A DNA stretch of 33,147 nt from a virus (lineage: Duplodnaviria > Caudoviricetes), in the IMG/VR virus record IMGVR_UViG_3300037195_001519, positions 1-33,147 of that record; one strand, 5' to 3'. Made by a program: the position numbers and the translations under genes. Under the pieces are notes generated by a model that saw only the letters and a list, made by a program, of their open reading frames with translations, did not search any database and was not told the DNA's origin. This document shows, one piece after another, positions 19,390-27,395 of the stretch. Position 1 is the stretch's first letter; every line of letters starts with the position of its first letter.

Positions 19390-19609
19390 CTACTAATTTT
19401 GAGTCTTTTATCCTCGATCCTTTCTTACAATCTATTTCCTGGTAAACAACTTTTCCATCTTGAACTTTAAATGTAAAAACAATAGTCCCATGACTTAAAA
19501 AGTTTTTACAAGATGATTCAATTGGCATTAAAATGTTTTCTGCTATTTTTGATAAGTCTTGGTCCACACCTATATTATGATAACAAGTATTGATATTGTC
19601 TAGTGTCAT
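19385..19609 (-). CDS. Small DUF2292/YezD-like protein (true start possibly GTG at 19567)
   Basis: A helix followed by HGTIVFTFKVQDGKVVYQEI resembles the FGSI.I.V.DGK.V.IE pattern of DUF2292. Confidence 0.55.
   Translation of the reverse strand: MTLDNINTCYHNIGVDQDLSKIAENILMPIESSCKNFLSHGTIVFTFKVQDGKVVYQEIDCKKGSRIKDSKLVG
19574..19602 (-). promoter_or_regulatory. Sigma70-type promoter
   Basis: TAGACA-17 bp-CATAAT. The predicted +1 falls near the in-frame GTG at 19567. Confidence 0.55.
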
Positions 19610-19613
19610 ATTT

Positions 19614-21227
19614 TTAATACCCTGTTAATCGATTTCTCTTATACTTTTGGTTTCGGTCTGATTCGTCCCCTTCTTCTTCTGGCCACCAAAAATCCTCAGA
19701 AATTAATGCTAACCTATAAGCGTTTTCACACATGTCATCATCGACCTTTGATGGCTTTCCTGTCGCGTCGTACATCCAATTGCTTAATTGCCTTATAGAG
19801 ACCTGTAGGTCTCTATAAATAAAATAAGCTGGAATTTTGTTAGGAGTCCACAACATATTATTAATAGAAATAATCCCATCGTCCTTACTCTTTGTGGCCG
19901 TTTCTAACATGTAGCCATGCCTAAAAAGAACGTTTTCTACCTTGGCGTAAACAGTATTCTCATTATTCCCATCCCCTTTTGACAATGGATCAATGATAAT
20001 TCGGTTAACCCTTAATCTATAATCAAATATCTTTTTGATTATTTGCTCCCCTACCCACTCTCCATCACCATGCCCCACAATCTCAAAGGTTAAATACTTC
20101 ATGTTGTGGTGGTCAGTTGCTTCAAATAGTATGTGCTGCGGTTTGCTTGGGTGTATGTCGATGGCAATATTATGTATCCAATGACTTGGCATATCGCGTG
20201 GGCGTTCTAATATATGCTTTGCTCTATCAAATCTTAAAACTAATCCAGCCTTATACGAAGGGACCCCTCTTAACCTGGCGTCCCTTTCTTCCTCGGTTAA
20301 TCTCTTTGAAAATTGATCTACCCCTTCCTGAGTGATCCCAAAACCAATATTTGCATTGATATCCGCGTTTACGTTGTAGACAGTGTTATCAACCGTCCCA
20401 TCCTCTAACGTTGCATTTATTATCTCTTTATCTACCCAGGCCTCCTTCAAAAGAGTCATGGCATAAAATTCAATCCCTTTAAAATCAATCAATCCCCGCG
20501 AACAAGCAACGTGAATATCTCTTTTTGGCGGTTCGTCGTAAACAACTGCCATTCCATTCCACCCCTCAAAAAGCGATGCATCTTGATTGTTAGACATGAT
20601 TTCTAAAGTATTCCCTGTTTTTTCGTCCTTAAAATAACTATCTACTACCTGTTGGTTCTTGCTCCTAAATAAAGGTCTCTCTTTAGGCCATAGCTCATCA
20701 ATCTTTGCCACAACTACCGTAGCAATATGCTTTGTCCAATCCTGACCCACCCATCTAATCTTTATCTTTTGTCCTGTCCAGCCGTACAAATCCCATATCC
20801 AACCCACTTTTTCCTCTGGTTCCCACGGGAATTTTCCTGTTAAAAGGGAATAGATAAGCATAAAAGATATGAAAGTTTTTCCAATTCGGTTCGCACCTGT
20901 ATATGTGAATGTCTGATATATTCCAGAAGCAAAGGCTGCGATGATTTCTTTTTGTGGCTCGTTAAGCTCCCACTTTCCGTTAGTGCCTAAATATTGTTTG
21001 TCCTTATGGCCAAAGAATAATATCTTATTTGCTTCTTCATGGGTCTTTACCTGGACCTCTAACTCTTCCTTTTTATTTATTAGAGTCTGAAGGCGTTTCT
21101 TGTGTATAAGAAGCTGTTTCTTTTTATACTTTATTAACGCTTTTTTTTCGTTCGGGGTTAACTCGTTTTTTGTTTTGTGTTTTATGTCGCCGATTCGGAC
21201 ACTAGAGACCGGAATGTCTTTATCCAT
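19614..21227 (-). CDS. terL: Terminase large subunit
   Basis: Walker A GANRIGKT, Walker B VVYDEPP, nuclease IAIDIHP and DDDMCEN. Upstream of portal. Confidence 0.93.
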   Translation of the reverse strand: MDKDIPVSSVRIGDIKHKTKNELTPNEKKALIKYKKKQLLIHKKRLQTLINKKEELEVQVKTHEEANKILFFGHKDKQYLGTNGKWELNEPQKEIIAAFASGIYQTFTYTGANRIGKTFISFMLIYSLLTGKFPWEPEEKVGWIWDLYGWTGQKIKIRWVGQDWTKHIATVVVAKIDELWPKERPLFRSKNQQVVDSYFKDEKTGNTLEIMSNNQDASLFEGWNGMAVVYDEPPKRDIHVACSRGLIDFKGIEFYAMTLLKEAWVDKEIINATLEDGTVDNTVYNVNADINANIGFGITQEGVDQFSKRLTEEERDARLRGVPSYKAGLVLRFDRAKHILERPRDMPSHWIHNIAIDIHPSKPQHILFEATDHHNMKYLTFEIVGHGDGEWVGEQIIKKIFDYRLRVNRIIIDPLSKGDGNNENTVYAKVENVLFRHGYMLETATKSKDDGIISINNMLWTPNKIPAYFIYRDLQVSIRQLSNWMYDATGKPSKVDDDMCENAYRLALISEDFWWPEEEGDESDRNQKYKRNRLTGY

Positions 21228-21352
21228 TATTTATCATTAATTCTCATCATGCTAATAACGATCCCTTTATTGCAAGACGGAATATTAGATAGGTCGATTG
21301 TCTTTTTCGGTTTTTTTATATAATTTTTTATTAAGTTCCATACATTAACCAT
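21227..21352 (-). CDS. 41-aa leader ORF translationally coupled to terL (not in ORF track)
   Basis: MVNVWNLIKNYIKKPKK...RINDK with AAGGGAG SD. Its TAA overlaps the terL ATG (TAATG). Confidence 0.6.
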   Translation of the reverse strand: MVNVWNLIKNYIKKPKKTIDLSNIPSCNKGIVISMMRINDK

Positions 21353-21424
21353 AAGCTTCTCCCTTTTTGCTTATGGCTAACCTATGAATAGTGTGCAGAA
21401 CGCACAATGTAGCCTATTTACTTT

Positions 21425-21454
21425 ATTATAACTCTATTTTTTTGATTATAGCAA
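21425..21454 (-). promoter_or_regulatory. Sigma70-type promoter for leader-terL
   Basis: TTGCTA-18-TATAAT, plus a second extended -10 TGCTATAAT. Confidence 0.55.
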
Positions 21455-21457
21455 TAA

Positions 21458-21700
21458 TTAAGCTGATCCATCAGGTGATCTGATCACGTTATCATCAGGG
21501 GAATTTCTTCCATATGATTTTTGATAATCATAAAAGGGATGTGCACCCTTCCTATCAACCTCGACATAATCTTTGTCTGATTTTTTACGTGTGTATTTCT
21601 TGGTATTCTGATGTAATTTTGGTGGTTTTTTCGTGAAAAATAGTAGTTTTAATAGACTCACCAAAAACACTGAAAGACCTAATCCTATTTTTAGTTTCAT
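21458..21700 (-). CDS. Small basic membrane-anchored protein
   Basis: N-terminal TM segment (IGLGLSVFLVSLLKLLFF). ATGA overlap with the recombinase stop. Confidence 0.55.
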   Translation of the reverse strand: MKLKIGLGLSVFLVSLLKLLFFTKKPPKLHQNTKKYTRKKSDKDYVEVDRKGAHPFYDYQKSYGRNSPDDNVIRSPDGSA

Positions 21701-22287
21701 TTCACCACCTTATCCTTATACCTATAATACGTTGCAATGGGCACCCCAAACAAGTTACATAGATTTCTTATAGACTTATTACTACTTCCTTGTAACGCTT
21801 GAATCTCTTTCACTTGATCCATAAATTTAGGGTCCTTAATCTTACTTGGTCTACCGCCTACCTTTCCCCTCTGCTTTGCGGTGTTAAGCCCCTCCATTGT
21901 CCTCTCGTAATTCATTTCCCTTTCCATTTCAGCGAACCCAGATATAAGCGACCTCACAATCTTTTGAAGAACTTTCCCTACCTTGTCTTGCTCCCCCGTT
22001 GTGTTTAGGTATGGGTTGTTTATGCATTTAAACCTAATTCCTCTAGCCTCAAACTGCTCAAATGTATTTAAAGCCTCTGTAATACTTCTAAATACCCTGT
22101 CTAAATCTAAAAAAACAAATGTATCACCCTCTTTTAACGACTCAAACGCTTTATTTCTCTCTAGGCGATCTTTCCTTGTAGATAATTTGTCATAAAATAT
22201 TTTATCACAGCCCTCTTTTTCTAACGCATCTAATTGCCTATCTAGATTTTGATCTTTTGTACTTACTCTCGCATACCCTACTTTCAT
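21697..22287 (-). CDS. Small serine recombinase (resolvase/invertase family)
   Basis: GYARVST.DQNLDRQ with the catalytic Ser, GD..V...LDR..RS, AEMERE...ERT..GL, GGRP arm and C-terminal HTH (ATYYRY). Confidence 0.95.
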   Translation of the reverse strand: MKVGYARVSTKDQNLDRQLDALEKEGCDKIFYDKLSTRKDRLERNKAFESLKEGDTFVFLDLDRVFRSITEALNTFEQFEARGIRFKCINNPYLNTTGEQDKVGKVLQKIVRSLISGFAEMEREMNYERTMEGLNTAKQRGKVGGRPSKIKDPKFMDQVKEIQALQGSSNKSIRNLCNLFGVPIATYYRYKDKVVK

Positions 22288-22312
22288 TTTTACTCCTTTT
22301 TAAAATTCTCTT

Positions 22313-22350
22313 TGTTATCATTATCGTATTTTTGATGACAATAATTGCAA
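22313..22350 (-). promoter_or_regulatory. Recombinase promoter with overlapping inverted-repeat operator
   Basis: TGTTATCA-12-TGATGACA (7/8 IR) overlaps TTGCAA-16-TACGAT. Confidence 0.5.
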
Positions 22351-22435
22351 AGTTTTATTTAGAAGCTGTTGTATGCTATAATTCCTATTAGTAATCAGGT
22401 GTTATAGCTTACGGGGGCTTCCCACCCCCCAACAG

Positions 22436-22684
22436 CTAAATTTTTAATTCTTTAATAATCCAACCATCAATCAAATTGTTTATAAGTTGATTAATAGATT
22501 CTGGCTTTGTAGCAATAATATAATCCAATTTCATTTTTTGCTTTTCTGGCATTGTAACCAAAACTTTCTTTTTTACGTCGTCTCTTAATCCAGGCTCTTC
22601 CCACGGGTATTCTTTTCCCATTTCTTCTACAGGTTTACCCGCGTCATTTAAAAACTTTTTTACGTCTGGTGATTCCATTTTCAC
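22436..22684 (-). CDS. ParG-like ribbon-helix-helix centromere-binding protein
   Basis: 82 aa, coupled to parA (GTGA overlap). Flexible N-terminus, YPWE, then strand KKVLVTMP and two helices. Confidence 0.7.
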   Translation of the reverse strand: MKMESPDVKKFLNDAGKPVEEMGKEYPWEEPGLRDDVKKKVLVTMPEKQKMKLDYIIATKPESINQLINNLIDGWIIKELKI

Positions 22685-23322
22685 TTAAATACCTCCTCAT
22701 AAATACTCTTTATCTCTTCCCTTGCCTTCTTATCAACTGGCTCATACTCCAAAACTGATAACCCCAACCCTGGAGCCTTCCTATAAGACTTCCTTATATG
22801 CGTAACAGACTCTAAAAGGGATATCTCTTTCACATCTGACAACATATCTCTTGCCTCTTTCTTTTCCTCCTCTGTGTTTGTTGGGCATTGTGTGAGGAGG
22901 TAATAAGCTTTTAACTTTTTATTGAACCTCTTCGCGTCTTTTGTCATCTTCTGTATTTTAGGTAATGTCCACACATCAAACTGTGTCGCTTGTATTGTGA
23001 ATATTATCTTGTCGCAGATAAGTAGAGCCTCTCTTAACTCTGTCGTGTCTTTTCCAGCTACATCAATCAAAACGTTTTCATAACGACTTGATAAATCTTG
23101 CACATCGTCAGCTAAGTTTTCTCCAAACTTCTGTACACAACGGATAGGCTTAACACTTAACTTCTTATCCTTAATCTTCTGCATTCTCAAAGCAGCCCAA
23201 TTACTGAAACTACTCTGAACATCGGTATCAACAACGATCAAATCGTCAATTAATGGGGCAACACACGTTCCTAACGTCGTTTTCCCTGTCCCCCCTTTTT
23301 CTCCTCCAATGGCATATATCAT
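22681..23322 (-). CDS. parA: Type Ib ParA partition ATPase
   Basis: Deviant Walker A EKGGTGKTT, VVDTDVQ.S and VLIDVAG. No N-terminal HTH, 213 aa. Confidence 0.93.
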   Translation of the reverse strand: MIYAIGGEKGGTGKTTLGTCVAPLIDDLIVVDTDVQSSFSNWAALRMQKIKDKKLSVKPIRCVQKFGENLADDVQDLSSRYENVLIDVAGKDTTELREALLICDKIIFTIQATQFDVWTLPKIQKMTKDAKRFNKKLKAYYLLTQCPTNTEEEKKEARDMLSDVKEISLLESVTHIRKSYRKAPGLGLSVLEYEPVDKKAREEIKSIYEEVFK

Positions 23323-23348
23323 TTTACTTCACCTCTCTTTATTTGTTA

Positions 23349-23378
23349 TAGTATATGCTATACTATTATAGTATGCAA
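23349..23378 (-). promoter_or_regulatory. parA promoter overlapped by 5-bp-phased TA repeat array
   Basis: TTGCAT-17-TATACT. The plus strand reads tagta tatgc tatac tatta tagta. Confidence 0.7.
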
Positions 23379-23443
23379 GCCTTTTTTATTGTTGTTTTAG
23401 AGTGCAACTTTGCTGTAAGGTTTATAATCTGTAGGAGATAAGA

Positions 23444-24409
23444 ATGAATAAAATACTTTTGTTACTAATACTTTCCCTTTCTTTTGGGTGCTCTATTATA
23501 ACACGAGACACTGAAGATGCTTTCTATACCTATGAAATGAATCATTTATCTTTCAACTGCGCCTTCAGCCCAAGAGATACAGGTGAGGATATTGTTTTTA
23601 ATGGGAAAATGTGGATTAGTAACGGATATTATCACGGAAACGTTACTTCCAGAGACTTATGGTCTTCTATAAATGGGGTCACTTGGAATATGGAGGTTTC
23701 TGACACTCCCTATGATTCCTATAGTGAAATGGTTGTTTACAACGGTAAGATATGGGCCATAAAAGGATCTGTGTGGAACTCGTCAGACGGCGTTAATTGG
23801 CAATTAATATCCTCAACAACTCCATTCGGTATTCGATCATACGGCGAAACCGTTGTCTTTAAAAATAAAATATTTCAACTAGGAAATGGAATGGACGTAT
23901 GGTCAACAGAAGATGGCGTTAATTGGGAACTAATCGCCAATCAAGCCCCTTACGGAAATAGAAAAAATTCATTTGTTACCGTCTTTAATGGTCGCTTATG
24001 GCTTATGGGTGGGTATAGAGAGGAAACAGCTACCCCCCCAGAACAAGCCTACTCAGGGTTTACATCTTTTAATGACGTATGGGTTTCTGACAACGGGAAG
24101 GACTGGTCGCTGGTTACCTTAAATGCTACTTGGACTGAAAGGCAGTGGTCTATAGTGAAAGTATTTGATAACAAAATGTGGATCATAGGAGGGTTTAGCA
24201 ATAAAGAAAACAGAAACTTAAACGATACATGGTTTTCTAGCGACGGGGTGACTTGGACAGAATTTACAAGCGGGCTAATGTACACGCCACGTCATGAAGC
24301 TACAGTCATACCCTTTGAAGGAAGTTTGTATATACTCGCTGGAAACGAACACCCCGTATTAAACGACTCATGGAGAATCGATAAAGTCCCCGTCCCAATC
24401 ATAGACTAA
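23444..24409 (+). CDS. Lipoprotein with Kelch/Asp-box-like beta-propeller (moron)
   Basis: Signal MNKILLLLILSLSFG-C. Five W.S.(D/N)G..W repeats alternate with V.F...(M/L)W..GG blades. AGGAG SD, opposite strand to its neighbours. Confidence 0.8.
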   Translation: MNKILLLLILSLSFGCSIITRDTEDAFYTYEMNHLSFNCAFSPRDTGEDIVFNGKMWISNGYYHGNVTSRDLWSSINGVTWNMEVSDTPYDSYSEMVVYNGKIWAIKGSVWNSSDGVNWQLISSTTPFGIRSYGETVVFKNKIFQLGNGMDVWSTEDGVNWELIANQAPYGNRKNSFVTVFNGRLWLMGGYREETATPPEQAYSGFTSFNDVWVSDNGKDWSLVTLNATWTERQWSIVKVFDNKMWIIGGFSNKENRNLNDTWFSSDGVTWTEFTSGLMYTPRHEATVIPFEGSLYILAGNEHPVLNDSWRIDKVPVPIID

Positions 24410-24646
24410 ATCGTTAAGTGTTATATCTAAAGCATCTGCTATTCTCAATAGCAACCTAACGCTTATATCTGGCCTTAACTTCCTTTCTACCTGTGAATAG
24501 TACGTAAAGTGGACGCCCGCCTTTGCAGCAACCTTCAACTGACTTAGGTTTTTCTCTTTCCGATATTTCTTTAAGTTTTTTGATACAATACTTGCTAATT
24601 TTTCCCGTTCTAAATTCATTCCTTTTATTATTGTCTTTTGTAACAA
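24368..24646 (-). CDS. XRE-family HTH regulator (start uncertain, TTG 24646 or ATG 24619)
   Basis: LKKYRKEKNLSQLKVA.KAGVH.TY.SQVER...S...L.RIADAL.I.L.DL. Confidence 0.88.
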   Translation of the reverse strand: MLQKTIIKGMNLEREKLASIVSKNLKKYRKEKNLSQLKVAAKAGVHFTYYSQVERKLRPDISVRLLLRIADALDITLNDLVYDWDGDFIDSP

Positions 24647-24685
24647 TAAATCTAGAGACTAATGGCCTAACTCCGTGTATTCTGA

Positions 24686-24862
24686 TCATTTTAATTTACC
24701 CTCCAACTTCTCGAGTTCCAACTTTAACCAAGCTACATACGACCAATTATTATCGCATCCCTCTTTTTCGTTATGTTCGGTTTTACACTTATTACAAAAC
24801 TTGTTAATTGTATTTACAAACTCCACGATTTCGTCATTGTTTTTGAAGTTGAAAGTCATCAT
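24686..24862 (-). CDS. Small hypothetical protein (58 aa, not in ORF track)
   Basis: MMTFNFKNNDEIVEF...FCNKC..EH....C, with strong AGGAGGT SD. Confidence 0.65.
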   Translation of the reverse strand: MMTFNFKNNDEIVEFVNTINKFCNKCKTEHNEKEGCDNNWSYVAWLKLELEKLEGKLK

Positions 24863-24974
24863 TTTGTGTACCCACCTCCTCTCTGTTTCGTTTTCCCCCG
24901 TAAAGCTCTTCTGGGCATTCTTCTACCGAAAATCCTTCTATATGTAACTTATGGGGGGAATAATATTTGCTCAT
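24834..24974 (-). CDS. Small hypothetical protein (46 aa, not in ORF track)
   Basis: MSKYYSPHKLHIEGFSVEECPEELYGG... ATGA-coupled to a 21-codon ORF upstream. Confidence 0.45.
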   Translation of the reverse strand: MSKYYSPHKLHIEGFSVEECPEELYGGKRNREEVGTQNDDFQLQKQ

Positions 24975-25032
24975 TTGTTTTTATACCTAAAACATATTTT
25001 TTCTGATATCAACCTATTCCAGTCTGTTATTT

Positions 25033-25290
25033 TCATTTTTTATTTCCATTTATAACGTTGGTCCTATCAACCAATGTATTTATCTTTTCTGTTTTTTCTA
25101 AACCCGCCTTTGTTATATTTTTTAAATAAAAATCGAGCAGTTGCAAATCATTATTAATTAATTTTATTGCTACTTTATTTTCTAAGATCCTTACATCATA
25201 AAACTTAATCTTTTTATGCTGCATATACAATGCCGATAATATCCCTACACACATTACTAAAAATACGATATCTATTATCTCTATACTCAT
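25033..25290 (-). CDS. Single-pass membrane coiled-coil protein (paralog A)
   Basis: N-terminal TM segment DIVFLVMCVGIL. TAATG coupling. Confidence 0.7.
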   Translation of the reverse strand: MSIEIIDIVFLVMCVGILSALYMQHKKIKFYDVRILENKVAIKLINNDLQLLDFYLKNITKAGLEKTEKINTLVDRTNVINGNKK

Positions 25291-25610
25291 TATTTCCTCT
25301 TAAATGGCTTAATCGTGATAAATCCGTGTTCCAGCTCTTCCCATACCCCATCTCTAGAAATATCCACCTCATAAACAATTAACTTAACTTTCATATCTAC
25401 TCTAATATTCCTAACTTGCCTTTCCTCATCATCAACTATCTTATCTTTAAATATCTCTATTATTTCCTTCTCGTTAGAGGCATAATAGTCTTCATACAGA
25501 TGATGACAGTCTATATCTATTCCTAAGATGTAGATTGGTTTACAACTCATACAACAGGTACTCATGAAATACTTGCCTTTTGTTACAGCACTCACAGAAA
25601 TATATCTCAA
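25290..25610 (-). CDS. Hypothetical protein
   Basis: 106-aa ORF with a TTG start that fills the gap in the operon. Confidence 0.5.
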   Translation of the reverse strand: MRYISVSAVTKGKYFMSTCCMSCKPIYILGIDIDCHHLYEDYYASNEKEIIEIFKDKIVDDEERQVRNIRVDMKVKLIVYEVDISRDGVWEELEHGFITIKPFKRK

Positions 25611-25628
25611 TTTTCTTTTTAATCATTT

Positions 25629-25934
25629 TTATTTCGCCCCTTTTATTACCTTATTAACACGCTCTACTAAAATGTTAATCTTGTCCGTGTTTTGCTTAAT
25701 AGCCTCCCCGTACCGTTCATACCCAGATACATTTGAGTCCATAATCCTAATTATTCTTGCAATGCGGAGATCAGTATGCTCTTTATTCTTGTCTGTTTTT
25801 TCGTCAATCACATCTAATTTTATTCTTATATTGTTTATATCTGATACTAACAGCTCAATCTTAATTATCTGAATAATAAGTGATGCCAGAATCCCCAAAC
25901 ATATAAAAATAAAGACAATATCTAACGTATTCAT
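25629..25934 (-). CDS. Single-pass membrane coiled-coil protein (paralog B)
   Basis: Start reassigned to the ATG at 25934 (AGGAG SD). TM segment DIVFIFICLGIL. Confidence 0.7.
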   Translation of the reverse strand: MNTLDIVFIFICLGILASLIIQIIKIELLVSDINNIRIKLDVIDEKTDKNKEHTDLRIARIIRIMDSNVSGYERYGEAIKQNTDKINILVERVNKVIKGAK

Positions 25935-25939
25935 TTCTC

Positions 25940-26314
25940 CTACAATAACTCTGGATTGTCGTATTTGTTTCCGATGATTTCGCATTTCTTAATCTGATGT
26001 CTATAATAGTTGTCTTCTCTTTGACACTCAAAATATAAATCACGCATATCCTCCACTATATATGGTTCAGCTTGTTTATATCCCTCAATAACTACAGAAA
26101 GTAAATCCCCCTCATATATCTCTTTATTGTGTTTGTCTTTGAGGCCTGTATATTGCATAATTTCACCGCAATGCTTATCGAAATGAAGAAACTCTTTTTT
26201 ATTATCACAAAAAATAGAACTACATGGATCGTCTGTTGACGTGTCTCCAACTATCACACGATATATCATTCTCTTATTTTCGATATCCCACGCCCTAAAC
26301 TTAATTTCTCTCAT
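25940..26314 (-). CDS. YopX family protein
   Basis: MREIKFRAWD, MQYTGLKDK..KEIYEGD and EIIGN.Y.NPELL motifs. Confidence 0.92.
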   Translation of the reverse strand: MREIKFRAWDIENKRMIYRVIVGDTSTDDPCSSIFCDNKKEFLHFDKHCGEIMQYTGLKDKHNKEIYEGDLLSVVIEGYKQAEPYIVEDMRDLYFECQREDNYYRHQIKKCEIIGNKYDNPELL

Positions 26315-26483
26315 TATTTTCCTCCTCTAACCCATCTATCCACGTACGAACCGTTACAGCAGCTCCTATAAGCTCATAAGAATGGGCGTACATTGGGCTA
26401 TTAACTGCACTATCATGCCTCATATCTAATGACACTTCTTTCATTAGGGATTCTAGGGTTTTGAGCTTATTTATAAGAGTCAT
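26301..26483 (-). CDS. Hypothetical protein
   Basis: 60-aa ORF, ATGA-coupled, with GAGGAG SD. Confidence 0.6.
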   Translation of the reverse strand: MTLINKLKTLESLMKEVSLDMRHDSAVNSPMYAHSYELIGAAVTVRTWIDGLEEENNERN

Positions 26484-26818
26484 TTAAGCTCCTCTTGCTT
26501 TCTATCAAATTTATCAATTGCAGAATCTAACCAATCAATCCCACCTCTCAAAAAATCATGAAAACAATCCTTATCTATCGCCCTTTTTAAACCATCACTG
26601 ACCAAATACCTAGCTACCTTATATATCTTTAATAACTCGGGAACTGATGCTATTAACCTTAAATCATTCTCACTACCTACAGATATATAATGATCCTCTG
26701 CCTCTAAAATCATTTTATCTCCGCTCTTAATCCCAATTAAATAATCTCCTTGGTGAGGGATTTTACCCAAGTCATCGTATATTAACTCCCAATCTTCATT
26801 TGTTACTGATTTAGTCAT
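26480..26818 (-). CDS. Hypothetical phage protein
   Basis: Contains RLIASVPELL, a variant of the common phage RLIAAAPELL motif. Confidence 0.65.
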   Translation of the reverse strand: MTKSVTNEDWELIYDDLGKIPHQGDYLIGIKSGDKMILEAEDHYISVGSENDLRLIASVPELLKIYKVARYLVSDGLKRAIDKDCFHDFLRGGIDWLDSAIDKFDRKQEELK

Positions 26819-27113
26819 TTAATCCCTTTGGTTTTTTAGCATTTAAAGTCATATCTACAAGCTCTTCAACAATTGATGATCCTATAGGGATATGTTTTTC
26901 AATCTCTTTACGGGAAAGAGCTACCCATCTTCCTTTATCGTGAGATTTAGATAAATCCCTAATTAAACTGTATTTAATGCCCTCTCTTTCCATTTCTTCG
27001 TCTACTGTTATAAATATATTTAAAATCATGAATTCATACTGCTCATCATCATCCTCATAAGGAAAACAATATGGCATTTTTTTGAATTTTACGTATTTTA
27101 ACGAAGATTTCAT
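26811..27113 (-). CDS. Hypothetical protein
   Basis: 100-aa ORF with AAGGA SD. First gene after the 27.1-27.5 kb non-coding region. Confidence 0.6.
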   Translation of the reverse strand: MKSSLKYVKFKKMPYCFPYEDDDEQYEFMILNIFITVDEEMEREGIKYSLIRDLSKSHDKGRWVALSRKEIEKHIPIGSSIVEELVDMTLNAKKPKGLND

Positions 27114-27211
27114 CTAAATGTCCTTTTTGTTTTTTTGCCAAGTGTGGGGGGGGGCGTAACAGATTATTTTGAGGGGTGGGGCCCCCCCCCAAGGGGGTGG
27201 CCGTCCTTTCG

Positions 27212-27241
27212 ACTTGCAATAAAGCTACTTGCAATAAAGCT
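27212..27241. repeat. 15-bp perfect tandem duplication
   Basis: ACTTGCAATAAAGCT x2. Confidence 0.9.
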
Positions 27242-27296
27242 GTGTCTCTTCCCTTGCCTTTAGGCTCTTTACCTATTCTATTAAGCTCCTTGAAGC

Positions 27297-27336
27297 TAGC
27301 ATAGTATAGTATAGTTTGTACCCTTGATATAGTCAA
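27297..27336 (-). promoter_or_regulatory. Sigma70-type promoter with TA-phased array
   Basis: TTGACT-17-TATACT (27336-27308). The plus strand reads tagca tagta tagta tagtt. Confidence 0.7.
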
Positions 27337-27395
27337 GTCTTTTTGATAACAAGTATTGATATTGTTATCTACGCACGAAAAAGGAAGGCTAATCC

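Noticed and set aside
1250-20335. Plus-strand ORFs opposite the structural genes (e.g. 1250-1546, 2183-2584, 13238-13651)
   Set aside because: Antisense shadows of well-supported minus-strand genes, with no SD or recognisable motifs.
22413-22430. Terminator after the par operon
   Set aside because: A short G/C hairpin is present but has no U-tract on the coding strand, so support is too weak.
24368-24646. Restriction-modification controller (C protein) system
   Set aside because: The XRE sequence is C-protein-like, but no methyltransferase or nuclease gene is adjacent.
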